This document shows, in pieces, positions 37,660 through 51,613 of a DNA stretch of 64,000 nt; positions within the stretch are counted from its first letter, which is position 1; each line of letters starts with the position of its first letter. The position numbers and the translations under genes are program-made. The DNA is from Squalus acanthias. Its lineage: Eukaryota. The stretch lies in NCBI GenBank assembly GCA_030390025.1, contig CM059425.1, positions 167,278,001-167,342,000 of the forward strand. Direction: 5' to 3'. Below the pieces are notes generated by a model. It saw only the letters and a list, made by a program, of their open reading frames with translations, searched no databases and was not told the DNA's origin.

Positions 37660-38420
37660 AGAATAACAGCTATTAGAGTGCTACAACAGGGAAACAGACT
37701 ATTTGGCCCATCTCATCTCCACTCTGTTTTTCTCCATGAGCTTCCTAGTCTAATCTTACTCTCCTGTTTGCTCCGCGTAGCCTTTAATACTCATCTGTTT
37801 AATGTAACTATCAAATTCCACATTAAAAGAACTTAAGGCTTTAGCAACAGATTTCTTTAACTTCCGCTTTAATTCTTTTTGCCATTCTTAAATTTGCGCC
37901 CCCTTGTTAATGTCTTACTTACCAATGGAAGTAGTCTATCACAGTTTCTTATAACCCTTCATAATCTTTACCTCTTTCAGATTACCCCTTAACCTTGTCA
38001 ACTCCAATGAAAAGAAATCCTAACTTCTTAAGTCTCACTTCATAACTGTAACCCCCTCATCCCTGGTATAAATAAAAGTGAATCTGTGTTGTAGTTCTTG
38101 CATTGCCTATATATCCTTCCTATAACAGGGTGCCCAAACTTGCACAGTATTCCAGTCGTGGCCTAAGCAATGTTTTGTAAAAGTACAATATTATCTCCTT
38201 GTGTTTTGTATGCTGTGACTCTAGATATAATACCAAGAATTCCATTTTCCTTTTTTGTGGTTTTATTTACATGGATTGGTACCTATGACTTGTATATCTG
38301 TACACCAAGATTCTTTTGCATGTCTACTCTATTTAAGATGCATCTCTTTTTCCTATTATTTTCAAAATTTATTCATTCACATTTTACTTTGATGAACTGC
38401 ATCTTCTGCCTGCCTATTTA
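37660..38420 (-). mobile_element. Old CR1 3' fragment
   Basis: Degenerate RPRLEYCASLGT and related motifs on the minus strand. Confidence 0.6.
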
Positions 38421-38584
38421 CAGTAATGTTGGGACTGGAAATTCTTGCTTATAAATATTCCACAAGATAATGGGGTTCAAAGGCATTTTTTGGCTTTCAT
38501 AGGAATTAAGCATACAGTGATAACCGACATTACCAACAATTACACATACAATGATAACCATTACTAATAATAATTACACATATA

Positions 38585-39700
38585 CAACAACTTGTATTTA
38601 TATAGCGTCTTTAACGTAGTAAAGTGTCCCAAGGCGCTGCACAGGAGTATTTTAAGACAAAAAATTTGACACCGACCCACATAAGGATAAATTTGGGCAG
38701 GTTACCAAAAGCTTGGTCAAAGAGGTAGGTTTTAAGGAGCGTCTTAAAGGAGGAAAGAGAGGTAGCGAGGCGGAGAGGTTTAGGCAGGGAATTCCAGAGC
38801 TTAGGGCCTAGGCAACAGAAGGCAAGGCCACCAAAGGTTGAGCGATTATAATCAGGGATGCTCAAGAGGGCAGAATTAGAGGAGCGCAGATATCTCGGGG
38901 TGGAGTTGTGGGGCTGAAGGAGATTACAGAGATAGGAAGGGGCAAGGCCATGGAGGGATTTGAAATTGAGGCGCTGCTTAACCGGGAGCCGATGCCGGTC
39001 AGCGAGCACAGGGGAGATGGGCGAATGGGACTTGGTGCGAGTTAGGACACGGGCAGTCAAGTTTTGGATGACCTCAAGTTTACGTAGGGTGGAATGTGGG
39101 AGGCCAGCCAGGAGTGCATTGGAATAGTCAAGTCTAGCGGTAACAAAGGCATGGATGAGGGTTTCAGCAGCGGATAAGCTGAAGCAAGGGCGAAGATGGG
39201 CGATGTTACAGATTTGGATGTAGGCGGTCTTTGTTATGCTGCGGATATGTGGTTGGAAGCTCATTACAGGGTGAAATGTGACACCAAGGTTGCGAACATT
39301 GTGGTTCCGCCTCAGACAGAAGTTAGGGAGAGGGATGGAGTCAGTGGCTAGGGAACGGAGTTTGTGGCAGGGACCGAAAACAATGGCTTCGGTTTTCCCA
39401 ATATTTAATTGGAGAAAATTTTTGCTCATCCAGAACTGTATGTCGGACAAGTAGTCTGACAATTTAGACACCGTGGAGGGGTCGAGAGAAGAAGTAGTGA
39501 GGTAGAGTTGGGTGTCGTCAGCGTACATGTAGAAACTGACGCTGTGTTTTCGGATGATGTCGCCAAGGGGCAACATGTAGATGAGAAATAGGAGGGGGCC
39601 AAGGATAGATCCTTGGGGGACACCAGAGGTAACGATGCGGGAGCGGGAAGAGAAGCCGTTGCAGGTCATTCTCTGGTTACGATTAGATAGATAAGAATGG
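38585..39700 (-). mobile_element. L2 LINE 3' portion (RT)
   Basis: [30 protein letters not shown]; tail GCTATATAAATACAAGTTGTTG. Confidence 0.92.
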
Positions 39701-40595
39701 CTTGAAACACTTACGGTACCATGTGCCAGATAATTCACAGCATCACTAGTTTTGAGTTCGAGGGGACTGGCTGGCCAAGCCTTGTTGAGTTCTGAAGTAT
39801 CTATTCTAACACCACTCTTTTTATATCTTTCTTTCAATTTAGCTACGTGAGGACCCACATGTTTAAAGTATTACCTCATCCTATTAGCCGGACTTCAGTC
39901 TTAACCAGAATAAATCCCCATAACTTGACTCACTCCCTAATTTTCCAGATCCATGGCAGGTACCTTTTCAAGACTAGAGTTAACAGAGACAGTTCTGTGG
40001 CCTCTCCTTAGCAGCTAAAACACTGTCTGACTGGAATCCCTTTTGCTAACTGAACATTGCTAATAGGAACTCACTTAACAACAAGTTAATATAAAGAATT
40101 ACCAGTTTCCTTACAGTAATTCAAAAAAAAAAATGGAAATCAACACAAATGTTGTAGATGTTCTTTGGCAGACCTTGTCAGTTTTCCAAATGGGTTTTTT
40201 ATTTGGACAATACCTGCTCGTTACTCTGTACAATTAGAAAAATGTACACATTTTCTTGGAATTATCTTAAACAGTGATTTAAAAAAAAATTATAATCTTG
40301 ATACAGATGTGACACTGCAATCTTCAACTGGCAAATATGGTTGCCGTTTTGTGACTGTCTTAAATTTACTTTTTGAATTTCTGCTTTCATTGGGGTGAAT
40401 GGTATCCAGGGAGTGGAACACTTTTCTACTTTCAGTACCCAGTGTCAGAATCAAGTATTCCTTCATTGGCAACTGGTCTGTAGGTCCTTACCAATTTATA
40501 TAAGCACATCACATTATTTACATAATAAAGTGCTCATTCACATCTGCACTTAAAACAATGAGGCAAAAAAGTTACTTTTTTTTATTAAATTACAG

Positions 40596-40599
40596 GTAG
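40596..40599 (+). CDS. FAM174A: FAM174A terminal coding exon: completes the last Arg (AG|G), then TAG stop
   Basis: Strong acceptor followed by G-TAG gives ...HSRR*, the same ending and exon structure as recalled for mammalian FAM174A. Followed by long UTR-like sequence. Confidence 0.72.
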
Positions 40600-43500
40600 A
40601 TGCAGCGAATCTTACAGTATATCCTGCAAGAAAACCAAAACTACACAGCAATATCAAGAAACTACTTGCATCTTGCTATACCAGAATGAGCTCTAAATCT
40701 GTATTGTGTATAGCTGTATGTACTGTAAGTTACTGTGTACAGTAGTTTTGTAGCTCTACTATCTTAATGAAAAATGCACTATTTTAATAAGGTAAATATG
40801 TTTCTGATTATAGGTGTAAATGAAAATGGAGAATTTTTTTTTATTCTTTCTGTTAATACTGATGATTATATAGTCTTTTTTAAGTCTGTGAAAAAGCAAG
40901 ATGAAATTTTCCCAGTTCTTTTGTACATATAAACATTAATCTAAGTCTGGACTGAAACAAAATGGGAGTTAGAATTTCTGCTTAAAAAATCAGAGATCTG
41001 TATTTTCTGAGTCAAACTTTGGCCCCTTTTTAAAGTTAGAATCAGAGTCCTAGAATAACAATGGTCCAGTAACAGAAATTTAAAAAAAAATTGGTGACTA
41101 ATGTAGGACCAACAGGTAGTAAGACTTTAACATCTCCAGAGCAATATTAATCATTACTGTAGCTTGTAAAATTAATACTTGATATTTTACAGAAATCTGT
41201 TTAAAAAGATTTTACTGCAGTGTTGATATTGTATTGCATGTCAGTGCATTGTATAAAGATTCAAAATTTTCAGACATTTTGTACAGAATATACACTGATG
41301 TGAAGAAACTAGGGAAGTGTTTACAAACTGAGAGATTCCTGTGATGATCTGTTTGAATATTTTTTCCTATTTTGAAAAGCAGAATAGGAATTTGAGAACT
41401 TTGAAAGAATGTTTACTTAATGTTGATCAATGTCTTTCAATTACATTTCTGTAATAATTTGCTTTTGCTATGAAGATTTTTTTGGCAAATGACAGTGGCC
41501 TTTAAGCTAAATTAAAATTATATTTGCGTAATAACACTATTTCAAAAAATGTTTCAAAGTAAAATAAGATGGAGCGTTATTATGTTTGTACTACTTCTGC
41601 TAATTTTTAATAGAATGCTAACACATACATGGCTTTGACTCTTCGTAAATAAAAGCCACCCCCTTCATTTTCCACATTCCATTAGAACAAGTCCAGTTAT
41701 TAATGTGAGTTGTGTTTGAATTTATTTTAATTTTTTAAAAACTTGTCTTCACTTTCTCTTAAATGAGAGATTTTCCAGCTTCAAGACCAGTTCCAATCCT
41801 GCTTCTTCTGGACGCATGATATAGTCGCATGTGAAATCTGTTTTGTCTATGCGCCAAGAGCTTGGAAAGGCTGGTTCAGAGAAACTCAAAATAAATCCAC
41901 TGGTTCAGTATATTTCCACAAGTATCCTCATTCTACTGGTGCTGAGAGATCTTTAAATAAATAGTTTAGATCTAGCTCTAGAACCTGCACTAACTTGCTA
42001 CTAACCTATACAAAGGGTAGATCAATTAAAGTGCTTCCCAGTGCTTCTGGCTGCTTAATGGACATGGTGTTCAGCAAACTGATTACCTGCATAGTCACAC
42101 TCCAGTGTTCCGTGCCACTATAATAGAATGGGTTCAGCCCTAATACAAGGGATTCCTATTACCTATTCATGAAGCTAATGTGTCGTATTACATAAAGTTG
42201 CTCTGATTCCATGTCCAAAGAAAAAATTAGCAATTACCAGTACTTGTCTTTGGACTCATTTGGCTACCAGGATATTTGCCGATTGCTGTTCCATCGTCAC
42301 AGCCTCATTAAACATCTGTACAGCTATCTGTACTTTGGTTAGACAGCTTTTCAAAAGATAGCTTTCTGGAATCTGGACTTCCTATTAAATGAGTCCAAAC
42401 TGGACCCTAAGCAGGATCTTATACTTATTAGGACTTCATTCTAAATGACTCTGCAATAGGCTCAAGCTGAGATCATTTCTTAACCCTTTGAGAATGCGGA
42501 TACTATCTACTTAACCCAGGAATCAAATGCAAAATTCATTCTGTATTCTCTGTTGATGGCTGTAGCCATTCATGATGCAAAACTTCTCATTGATTCTAGT
42601 CATCCCTTTTGGCTGAGTTAGGCACTGTTCTCTGCATTGCCAAGTTGATCATTAAGATCTGTCTCAATTGGACATTCAGATGTAGCATTCAGCACCAGGC
42701 TCCCGTTTAACAGACTGGCTGTTGAGCAGGCTTGATTGACTTATTTTTTGTGAGAACACGAATCTCTCTCCCAGGCCATGTGCTCACTTTTAGATAAAAA
42801 GGAGCATGATCTGTTCCCATTGCTCCACCAAAACCACCCTGAGCTTAGTGACAGGAGGCAAACACTGGCTTGGGACGACTCATCTGACTTTTCTCTCCTA
42901 CCCACAGTGATTTGGCTGAGATATGGGAGAGACTAAACCTGTGCTCACCACATTCTACTGCACCACTGTGGTGGAGCAGTCTTTACTCTTGGTCTGTCTA
43001 GAACACTTTCTTTGATTTCAGCCAAGCTTTATGCATATGATACTATCACATGGAGCAATCCTAATAGAGTTAGTAAGTGTTGTTTAAATTTCACTTATTT
43101 AGAATGCCTTCTCCTTTATAAATGCACTTTTAATATAGGTGTTGGAGTTGCCTGAAGGGTCCCCACTCCTCCTATTTAATAAGCTCAGTGGTAGGAAATG
43201 TATTCTATCCCTTTGAAAAACAAAGCATAGCTATACAAGGCTGGTAATTTGTCTTACACTGAAGATGTCTTCTACGCGAATCATGAAGTTCCCAAGTCCT
43301 AAATGTTTGGTTGATTGTTAGTCCTGTTTAAACATTTTACCATGTTCACTGCTGTACTTTTGGGAATTAGAATACCAAGGAAGGGCCCACCTTTCATACA
43401 GCACTGGAAGTGACAAAATGAGCACCATAATATGGTTTCACAGATGCACAAATAGATTCTTCCAATTTATAACCTGGGCTTATCCTAGTTGAACATGAAG

Positions 43501-43990
43501 GTAGGAATTCTATTCATCTTGAAAGAATTACAACAAATCTATTGGATTCATAGTTTTCTTTTTTTATTCAGCTGATCGTTAAAAATAGGTTGAACTTTGT
43601 CCCAGCATCATTCAAATCAAGCAGAGGGTTTCTTTTCTCAATTAAAACAATGACTGAACATATATTTTTAATTATTACTGCTGTAAGAATACAATTAACT
43701 AATGAAAATGTTAGCAGTAGGTTAACATTACTTCAATTCTTACATTACCAACCTGATGTAACGGTTACCCATCTTTATGTTACCATGAATTTTAACACTC
43801 AATAGATTGTTGTACCAGTGATCTCGGTAAAGAATTTCTCTCGCAGCATTAAAAATGCATTCAGTTTTTGTTTTGTGCTATCTACAAAACTATTGTTTCT
43901 GCAAGCTGTTAATGCTGTATATAGCCTATTTGGAGAAATATACTAAACTGAACACTTTTGGTTAATAAATCAAAAATTTATGAACATTTG
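40600..43990 (+). other. FAM174A: Probable FAM174A 3'UTR
   Basis: AT-rich and nearly TE-free. AATAAA at 41648, 41956 and 43964; Pumilio-type TGTAHATA at 40922 and 43916. Confidence 0.6.
43964..43969 (+). terminator. Distal polyadenylation signal AATAAA
   Basis: AATAAA followed ~20 nt later by a GT-rich element (tttgttgtctggctttggt). Confidence 0.55.
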
Positions 43991-44659
43991 TTGTCTGGCT
44001 TTGGTATACAAATGCTACTATGCTAAATTAATATCTCTTTTGTACCTCTATTTAAAAATCAAGTGTGCCCTGATTTTGCAGATGCTACATCAACTGTTGA
44101 AAATACCTTGAGGCATGAATGATTGTGACAATCACTGCTAGCTTATAAAGTGATAATCTATAGTTGACTACTGGAAAATTACTGTCATTGAAGTAATTAA
44201 ATTGCAGTCATGGGTAACCATTCATTCTGTTGCAAAAACAGGAAATGCCAATGCGTAGCAGTAAAGTCAACATCTGAAAGAAAAAGATAGGCTATTGTTT
44301 TGAGTTGGACACTTTTGCCTTTACTCCAGAATTTAAGCTTCTAAAGTTTTATATCTTGTTTTTTGTGGTGTGTAAATTAAATTTAAATCAACAATAATTT
44401 GAACAACAACTACTGTTTAAAGTTGCGCACTAGCTAATCAAATATACTGGGGTAGAGATTCCGCTTTCAGATGCACTTGAAATTGCGCTGGTTAGGTTAC
44501 CGTTCAAGGTGCTGCTAAAATTAATTTGCATAAGCACACATGGAAAATCTTCCATGAATCAGTGCAATCAGGCAGCGTAATAGAATGTAATAGTTTTTTT
44601 TTCCATTAAAAAGTATTCCTTGATGTATGTAAGAGTGGTAACCTGGTGCAGTTTTATTT

Positions 44660-45725
44660 TATGAAAAATTTTGATGGAGTGGATACAGAGAGAATGGGCT
44701 GGATTTTGATACTGGGGCGGGTTGGGGTCGTGTCATCCGCATTTCGTGTTATCCAGCCGTCTGCAATTGGATGTGGGAGATTGATGCAATTTTCACTTAA
44801 TTGGGCAATTGAGTTCCAGCATGTGGGAACCCATGAACCAATTAGTGGTTTCAGTCTGAAAGTCGCCTCTGATGATGTCATCACTGCTGCTGCATTGAAG
44901 GTCTTCAAAGACTGCCTGGCCTTTGCTGTGAGAGGACCTGGATGCAAAATTAGCAGCATCTCAGAGAGAGAGAGAGAGAGAGAGAATTTTTTTGCAACCA
45001 AGTTCTCCCAGGCAGTCTCTGAAGACATTCAATGCAGCAGCATCAGATGCGACTTTCACACCTAATACTACTACCTTCATCACATCTCCGTCGTAATAGT
45101 GGACCTGCAGCTGATAGTCAGCTATCCACTTGTGCTCTCGCCAGGTTTCACTGGAGTGTTTCACATCAGGCGTGCTTCACGGCGAAAAAGTTTCAAAATG
45201 GCATTACAGAGCCAATTTAGGGCTTCTTAAGGGCTTTAATGGCCTCTCCCGCCTGTTGGAGTCGGGAACCCTGCGACTGATTTGTCAAAATTGCGTGGAG
45301 GTGGAATGGAGTCGGGATCAGGTCCGCCCGCCACTTTTCGCTATTTTAACCCCCCACATGCCTCCAAACCCAACTCCACGGGTCATTGAAAATCCAGCCC
45401 AATGTTTCCACTTATGGGGAAGAGCATAACTAGAGGCCATCAATATAAGATAATCACCAAGAAATCCAATAGGGAATTCAGAAGAAACTTCTTTACCCAA
45501 AGAGTGGTGAGAATATGGAACTCACTACCACAGGGAGTGGTTGAAGCGAATAGTATAGATGCATTTAAGGGGAGGCTAGACAAGCATATGAGGGAAAAGG
45601 GAATACAGGGTTATGCTGATAGATTTAGATGTGGAAAGATGGGAGGAGGCTCGTGTGGAGCATAAACGTCGGCATAGACTGGTTGGGCCGAATGGCCTGT
45701 TTCTTTGCCATATATCCTATGTAAT
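44660..45725 (+). mobile_element. CR1 3' end split by a MITE
   Basis: GVDTER|MFPLMGKSITRGH is continuous across the MITE. Confidence 0.8.
44696..45400. mobile_element. PIF/Harbinger MITE (M2)
   Basis: TIRs GGGCTGGATTTT / AAAATCCAGCCC; TSD AAT; internal inverted repeat around (GA)n. Confidence 0.88.
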
Positions 45726-47813
45726 CCAGCTGAAAATGGGGTTATCAGCAAAAATAAGCATTTTTAATAAGGGTGTCCAGTCCTCCACCTGTGAGTAACC
45801 TGATTTAAAATGACTTTTTTAATAACTATACTGAACCATTTAGTAGTTTAATTGGTATATACTAGTCAGCTTCTTAATAAATTAAATCTTTTTGCTGTGA
45901 AAAACTTCAAAAACGTGCCTACTAGTGCTTGTGCGTCTAAGAAAATAAGCGCAATTTGAAGAGTCTTCCCGAACTAGTGTGATCGGCAGAATCTCGCAAT
46001 TTTGACCTGTGACCATGGCCATTTTTCTGGGCGGGGTCTGATTTGGTCGAATTGAATCTTGAACCAGGATAAAAGATTGCGGAAAACACGAGCCTAAGTG
46101 GTTTTGAGCGTGACTCACCGACATTTTAAATTCCCAGATCTTTTGCGCTGGTTAGGCCGATTCCACCCAATTTGCGCATATATTACAAATGGAAACCCGA
46201 CCCCACTTAGTTCAGCCACCTTACACCTGTTGGTATGCAGTGCTTCCAGTAATGATTCTCACTGATTGGGAAATGGTCCAGCATGACACCAGACTTTTGA
46301 GCAGTAATAAGATCATAGCCATTTTAAGTAGAAAAAATGAATGTTTCAAGTAGATATGATTAAAAAAAAAAAGTAAAACATATCCTTCAGGAAGAGAATT
46401 TACTGTTCCATGCTAGTCTAATCCTAAATTGTCCAGAATTTCAATTGTACATCATTAATCATAATATTCAAGCTCTCATTTGTCATTAAACCTCTTCATG
46501 CAATAAAGGTTACATTTAAACATAAATTAAAATGTTAAGTACTAAGTTCTGTCACAATTATAAGTACAACATGGATGAAAAAATGACCTAAGCTTAGTGA
46601 AACATGAATTTGATGTTTGCATAATTGTAAGTGTTGATGAGTAGTGATTATAATGCTTATTATTATATTTGTAATATAATTATAGTACTTGTAGCTTAAA
46701 GTCAAAACTCCCATAGGTACAGAAGAAAAACATGGTCACAGATTTAGTATTGTATCTTTCATAAAAACAGGAAATACTGGAGATGTTTTACCTTGAACAT
46801 CGCATTGTCCTTTATTATGAAATTGTAAATTAGATAATTTTACCAAATTACGATTGGATTAAAAAAAATAATTCAAGCAAAATTCTGCCTAGGACACCAT
46901 AGCTCAAGAAGTATGGAAGTTTATGATGCCTTGAAGAAGATCAATTTTTTTTAAAGAAAAACTACTTAAGAAATTGGGCTGAGTCAGTCCGAACTATCAC
47001 TTAAAGATGGGTCACTACCATTTGTGAGTACTGCTAACTCTCATAATCTGTACCCCTAGATGGAGTACTTTCAATGCAGGGCATTTCATTGTGAGAAAGG
47101 AGGAAGAGGGGAGGTCCTTTCACCCACTAAAAGCATATTTATAAAACCATTATGGAATGGTAAAGGTAACAGTTGTGGAGAATCCTACTGCCCAGGCTGT
47201 CCTGTCCATCTGACTGGAGGAGAATAGCATGGTACAGTGAGGATGTAAGTAGGAGATTCACAGTAAAAGCATTGATCAAAAAACAATTTGTAAAAATTCA
47301 TCTGAAATCAGTACATTATAAATATTACAGTGGTTTACTTAATGTCTGACAGAAGAACAACTGTTGCTTGTGAATTGTAACTGTCATCCCTAAAGAAAAA
47401 TAAAACTGATAGTAAAAACACATTAATTACACACTGTTTACTTCTTGTTTCCCAGTAATTAACTGTAAATAATATAAATTTGCAGTGATTGTCACATTTA
47501 TTAATCATTCAACACAATCATCATTCTACTTCAACTTTATAGAACATTCTGACTAATGTTCACCGTGACACTTTCTGACACCAGAAAAAGCACAAAAATA
47601 AATAAAACTAGCCGTAGCAGCTCCACAATACCCAAGAACAAAACAAATTGTAGTAATGTCCTCTAAATTCAATTGACTGAAAAAATATCATGTAAACACT
47701 TTTGTGAGATCATTGTCATTTGTCCAATAATTTCTCTGAATAATCTTCTTGTTGTTTAGGCCATTTTTTAACAAATGAATACATACTATTCTACTCCTTC
47801 ATGGAGACATTCA

Positions 47814-48468
47814 AGCCTGGATTTTCCTTATCATTGAGGTTCCTGCTGAAAATGGGGCAGAGTGGGACTTCCAGCCACTGGTCCAAATCCACAGTGATCC
47901 CATCCATTTTACTGGAGTGAAGCTAATTATGCTTTCAGGGCGGCCTTCCAATGCTAATGGTGCTTTTTATTGAGAGTCCATCTCTGAGTGGAAGGGAAGT
48001 CAAGTGCTACTGCAATGTTTCATTCCCTACAGCTGCTGTAAGGGACAGGCCAACAGCTAGAGCAAATTAAGTAGTCTGCTCTGATGCTACAAAAAATCAT
48101 GATGGGCAGAGGCTGGAAGTAGAAGACCCCAGCCAAAAAGAACATCTTAAGTGCCTTCAGCTTTCCTAATGCTTGACTCCCACCACCAAAAGACTAAGTG
48201 CCTCTTGAATACAGTTGGTCCTCCCAGGAGGTGGAGCTTCAGAGGAAAGGGAGGGAAATGCCATGGAGACCTAAGCCCCACCCACTGAGCAACATTTCCA
48301 TGCAGCAAGGTGAGCAGCGAGATTCACCTACAAGAGGAGGAGGTGGCATAGGAAAGTTCTGACAGCCATTTTCAGAAGTGAAGTTTTGGCAGGAGGCTGT
48401 CCGCTTCATTTTCCCTTCGGTACCACCTTAAAAAAAAAAGGGCCATATTCAAGAGGCAAATTCAGGCC
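47814..48468. mobile_element. Degenerate Harbinger-type MITE
   Basis: Ends AGCCTGGATTTTCCT / AGGCAAATTCAGGCC. Confidence 0.5.
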
Positions 48469-48604
48469 TTAATGGGAAAAAAAGACAGCATTAGCCAATG
48501 AGCAAAAATGAATTGATGGATTTTGAAGTAATGAATAGCAGGTAGAAAAAACATCTATTCTCTTTTTGATAATTGAATCCCTGAAATGTCAGTGGCAAAT
48601 TAAC

Positions 48605-49065
48605 CAACAACTTGTATTCATATAGCATCTTTAATATAAGAAAACATTCCAAAGTGGTTCACAGAGGCGCAATCAAACATTGTACACCAAGCCAAAGAAG
48701 CAGATATTAGGAGGAATGACCACATGTTTGGTGCAAGAAGTTGGTTTTCAGGAGGATCTTAAAGATAGAGGTGGAGGGGTTTAGGGAGGGAATTCCAGAG
48801 CATAGAGCCTAGGCAGCTGAAGGCACAGCTACTAGTGGTGGGATGAAGGGATGGGCATTGCACAAAAGGTCAGAGTCAGCGGAACAGAGAGTTTGGGCGG
48901 GGGTTATAGGGCTGGATAAAGATACAGAGATAGGGAAGGGTGAGACCTTGAAGGAATTTCAGCACAAGGATGAGAATTTTAAATTTAAGCCATTAGGGGA
49001 CCAGGAACCAATGTAGATCAGTGAGGACAAGGGGGGATGATGAGTGAGTGGGATTTTGTGCGAAT
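48605..49065 (-). mobile_element. L2 3' fragment
   Basis: Homologous to 38585-39040. Confidence 0.8.
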
Positions 49066-49211
49066 AGAAATAAAAATCAGGAGAGATGTAAAATGGGCTG
49101 CCAACTCACTATCACCCCTTAACGCCATCACACAAAGTCAAGATCTACCTCATCTCTTTAATGATTGTGTAAAAATAAATGTTAAACTCTGTTTTGTTCT
49201 TGCAGAGATAA

Positions 49212-50078
49212 GGGCTGGATTTTGCCAGCCCTGAGGAGGCAGGTTTGGAGGCGGGACTGCTGGGAAAGTCAAAAAGAATGGGAGCAGGTCCCGAACGCAC
49301 TCCCATCCCGCCTCCAACCAATCTTCCTGGGAGTCAGGTCCCCGATTTGCGCAGGGACCCGACTCCTAGTGGCGGGAAGTGGATTATAGCCACTTAACTG
49401 CCTATTAACAGGTAGTTAACAGGCAGTTAAGAGGCTTTTTCCAATCTTTAGACTTCTGCTGCGGGCTTCCCGACGTCGGGGAACCCCGCCAAGGTAAGTG
49501 AGGCGTGCTGTGGGTCTGTTGTTATGTTGGTGTATAGATGACAGCTGCAGAAGTGGTGTGAAGGATGCAATGGGACACTGGTGAGTATCAGAGGTAAGGA
49601 AATGTTGGGAAAGTCATTTTTAATGTGTTTAGATTTTTCTGTAGGTGACAAGCTTTGAAGTGTTTGTGTGGCCTCACCTCAATGGGAGAAGTGACAGATC
49701 GCTTCTGTACCCTCACCTGCAGCTGCCATTTGTTTCATCCTAAGGAGAGAGTAACAGGAGAGCCTGGGTACAAGGGCTCACATGTGTACAGTGATTGTCA
49801 GTGTTTGACAGCACCTCAATGCTGTCAAACGCTGTCAAATCATCAGTCAAAAATTTATGGTTCATGTGCCTTTAAGAAAACCGGCAGATGAAGCGTCATC
49901 AACTGACGTCATCTGACACTGGCTTTCCCTTAATTGGTCGGCAAGCCCGCAGGGTGGGCTTAACAAGGCCAATCAGGGGAAAATAGCGTCTGTGCGTCAG
50001 ACGTTGCTGGGGGCGGGACTAGAACCCAGAAGGCAGCAGTCCCACCCCCAACGCATCTCGCTGAGTAAAATCCAGCCC
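49212..50078. mobile_element. PIF/Harbinger MITE (M3)
   Basis: TIRs GGGCTGGATTTT / AAAATCCAGCCC (same as M2, different interior); TSD ambiguous. Confidence 0.8.
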
Positions 50079-51613
50079 AAGTTGTTTAGTAAAAGATTCA
50101 ACAGTGCAACTATAACACAAATATGTATTTGTTTTAGCCCTTTCTAGATGCCATGATGGGAAATGTTCACTCGCTCTCAAGATCAGTTCTTGGATCATGA
50201 CAACTGACAAATGAAATAAACTGCATTTTTCTTACTAGATGAAGTAAAGTGATCATAGCTGTCTTTATATTAGTGCAATCTAAATGGTTCAGACTCCAGG
50301 TTATTCATAAAAAAGGTCAGTAAAGTTCACTGATAAATGCACTAACAAGCTGTCAGCTTGGTCTGTTGGAGTTTCTACTGAAGGTTTTGTGAAAGCCCCA
50401 AGCTTTTGAAAAGAAAATTTTTCATATTTATTATTTGTTAAAATTTGGATGACATTGGCAATTTTGCATTTATTGCCCATCTGTAGTTTCCCTGAGAAGG
50501 CAGTTATGAGCTGCCTTCTTTATAACAGAGTGGGTTGCTCAGCAACTTCAGGGGAAATTAAGAGCCATCCACGTAGTGTGGGGCTGGAGTCACATGTAGG
50601 CCAGTCCAGGTAGGAGTGGTAGGTTTCCTTCCCTGAGGACATTAGTTGGGTATTTACAACAATCTGGAGGTTTTCATGGGTATTTTTCTGGTGAAAGGAT
50701 TTGTGTAGGATTGATCATGTCTGACAAATCTAGTTGAATTTTTTAATAAGGTCACCAGCACGGTGGATGGGGAGTATCTATGGATATTGTCTATATGGAC
50801 TTCTGGAAAGCTTTTGATAAGGTTTCGCACAAGAGATTATTAGCAAAAATGAAGGCACATGGAATTGGAGGTAATCTTGTGACATGGGTCGGTAATTGGT
50901 TGGGAGGTAGGAGACAGAGATTCACTGATTGTCGGAATGTGGCAAGGTGGTGTTCCACAGGGATCTGTACTGGAGCCTCAGCTTTTCACCATATATATTA
51001 ATGACTTGGATGAAGGAATAGGGAGTTGTATATCCAAGTTTGCAGATCACACTAAGTTGCGAGGCTCAGTAAGTTGTGTGGATGGGAGTAGGAAGTTACA
51101 ACGGGACATAGACTAAGTAGGCAAAACTATGACATATGGACCCAGAAATTGGGCTACTTACTACCACCCGTGAGCACTGGAATCCTGGTGAAAAATGGCG
51201 GCCGCCACTCTAACTCCCTTCTCTGGCGCAGGACTCGGCGGCCGCCATTTTGGTGAGTGCCTTAGTGCTGCCGATAGCAGCGCTGGCCCTGGAGATGCAA
51301 ATGGGGAGACCTTGACATCACGCCAACTTAATGTCACACACTGCATACTTCGACCTTAGCACTGAGTTTAGCGTTGGGTCCTAAGCTCGATCTGAAAAGC
51401 GAGCATGCAGCAAACTGACAGAGCAGCTGTCAGCACTTCTGAAAGAGACACACACATCAGGTAAGTTTGCATTTAAGCTTTTGGACTGGATTTTTTAAAA
51501 TTTTATTAAAGTAGTGGCTTGGTACAATAGATGTTAAAAGTTTTTTTAAGTATGCAGGGAGTGCTGCAGCATGCTTGCAAGGGCTCGATGGTAAAGGAAG
51601 GCCTCTGAGAAGA

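Larger units (their letters stand above)
3974..40595 (+). other. FAM174A: FAM174A last intron (~36.6 kb, TE-packed)
   Basis: GTGAGT donor at 3974; T-rich acceptor ttttttttattaaattacAG ending 40595. Confidence 0.72.

Noticed and set aside
38611..39858. 415-aa ORF
   Set aside because: L2 RT fragment with an N-terminus read through from unrelated flank; not a host gene.
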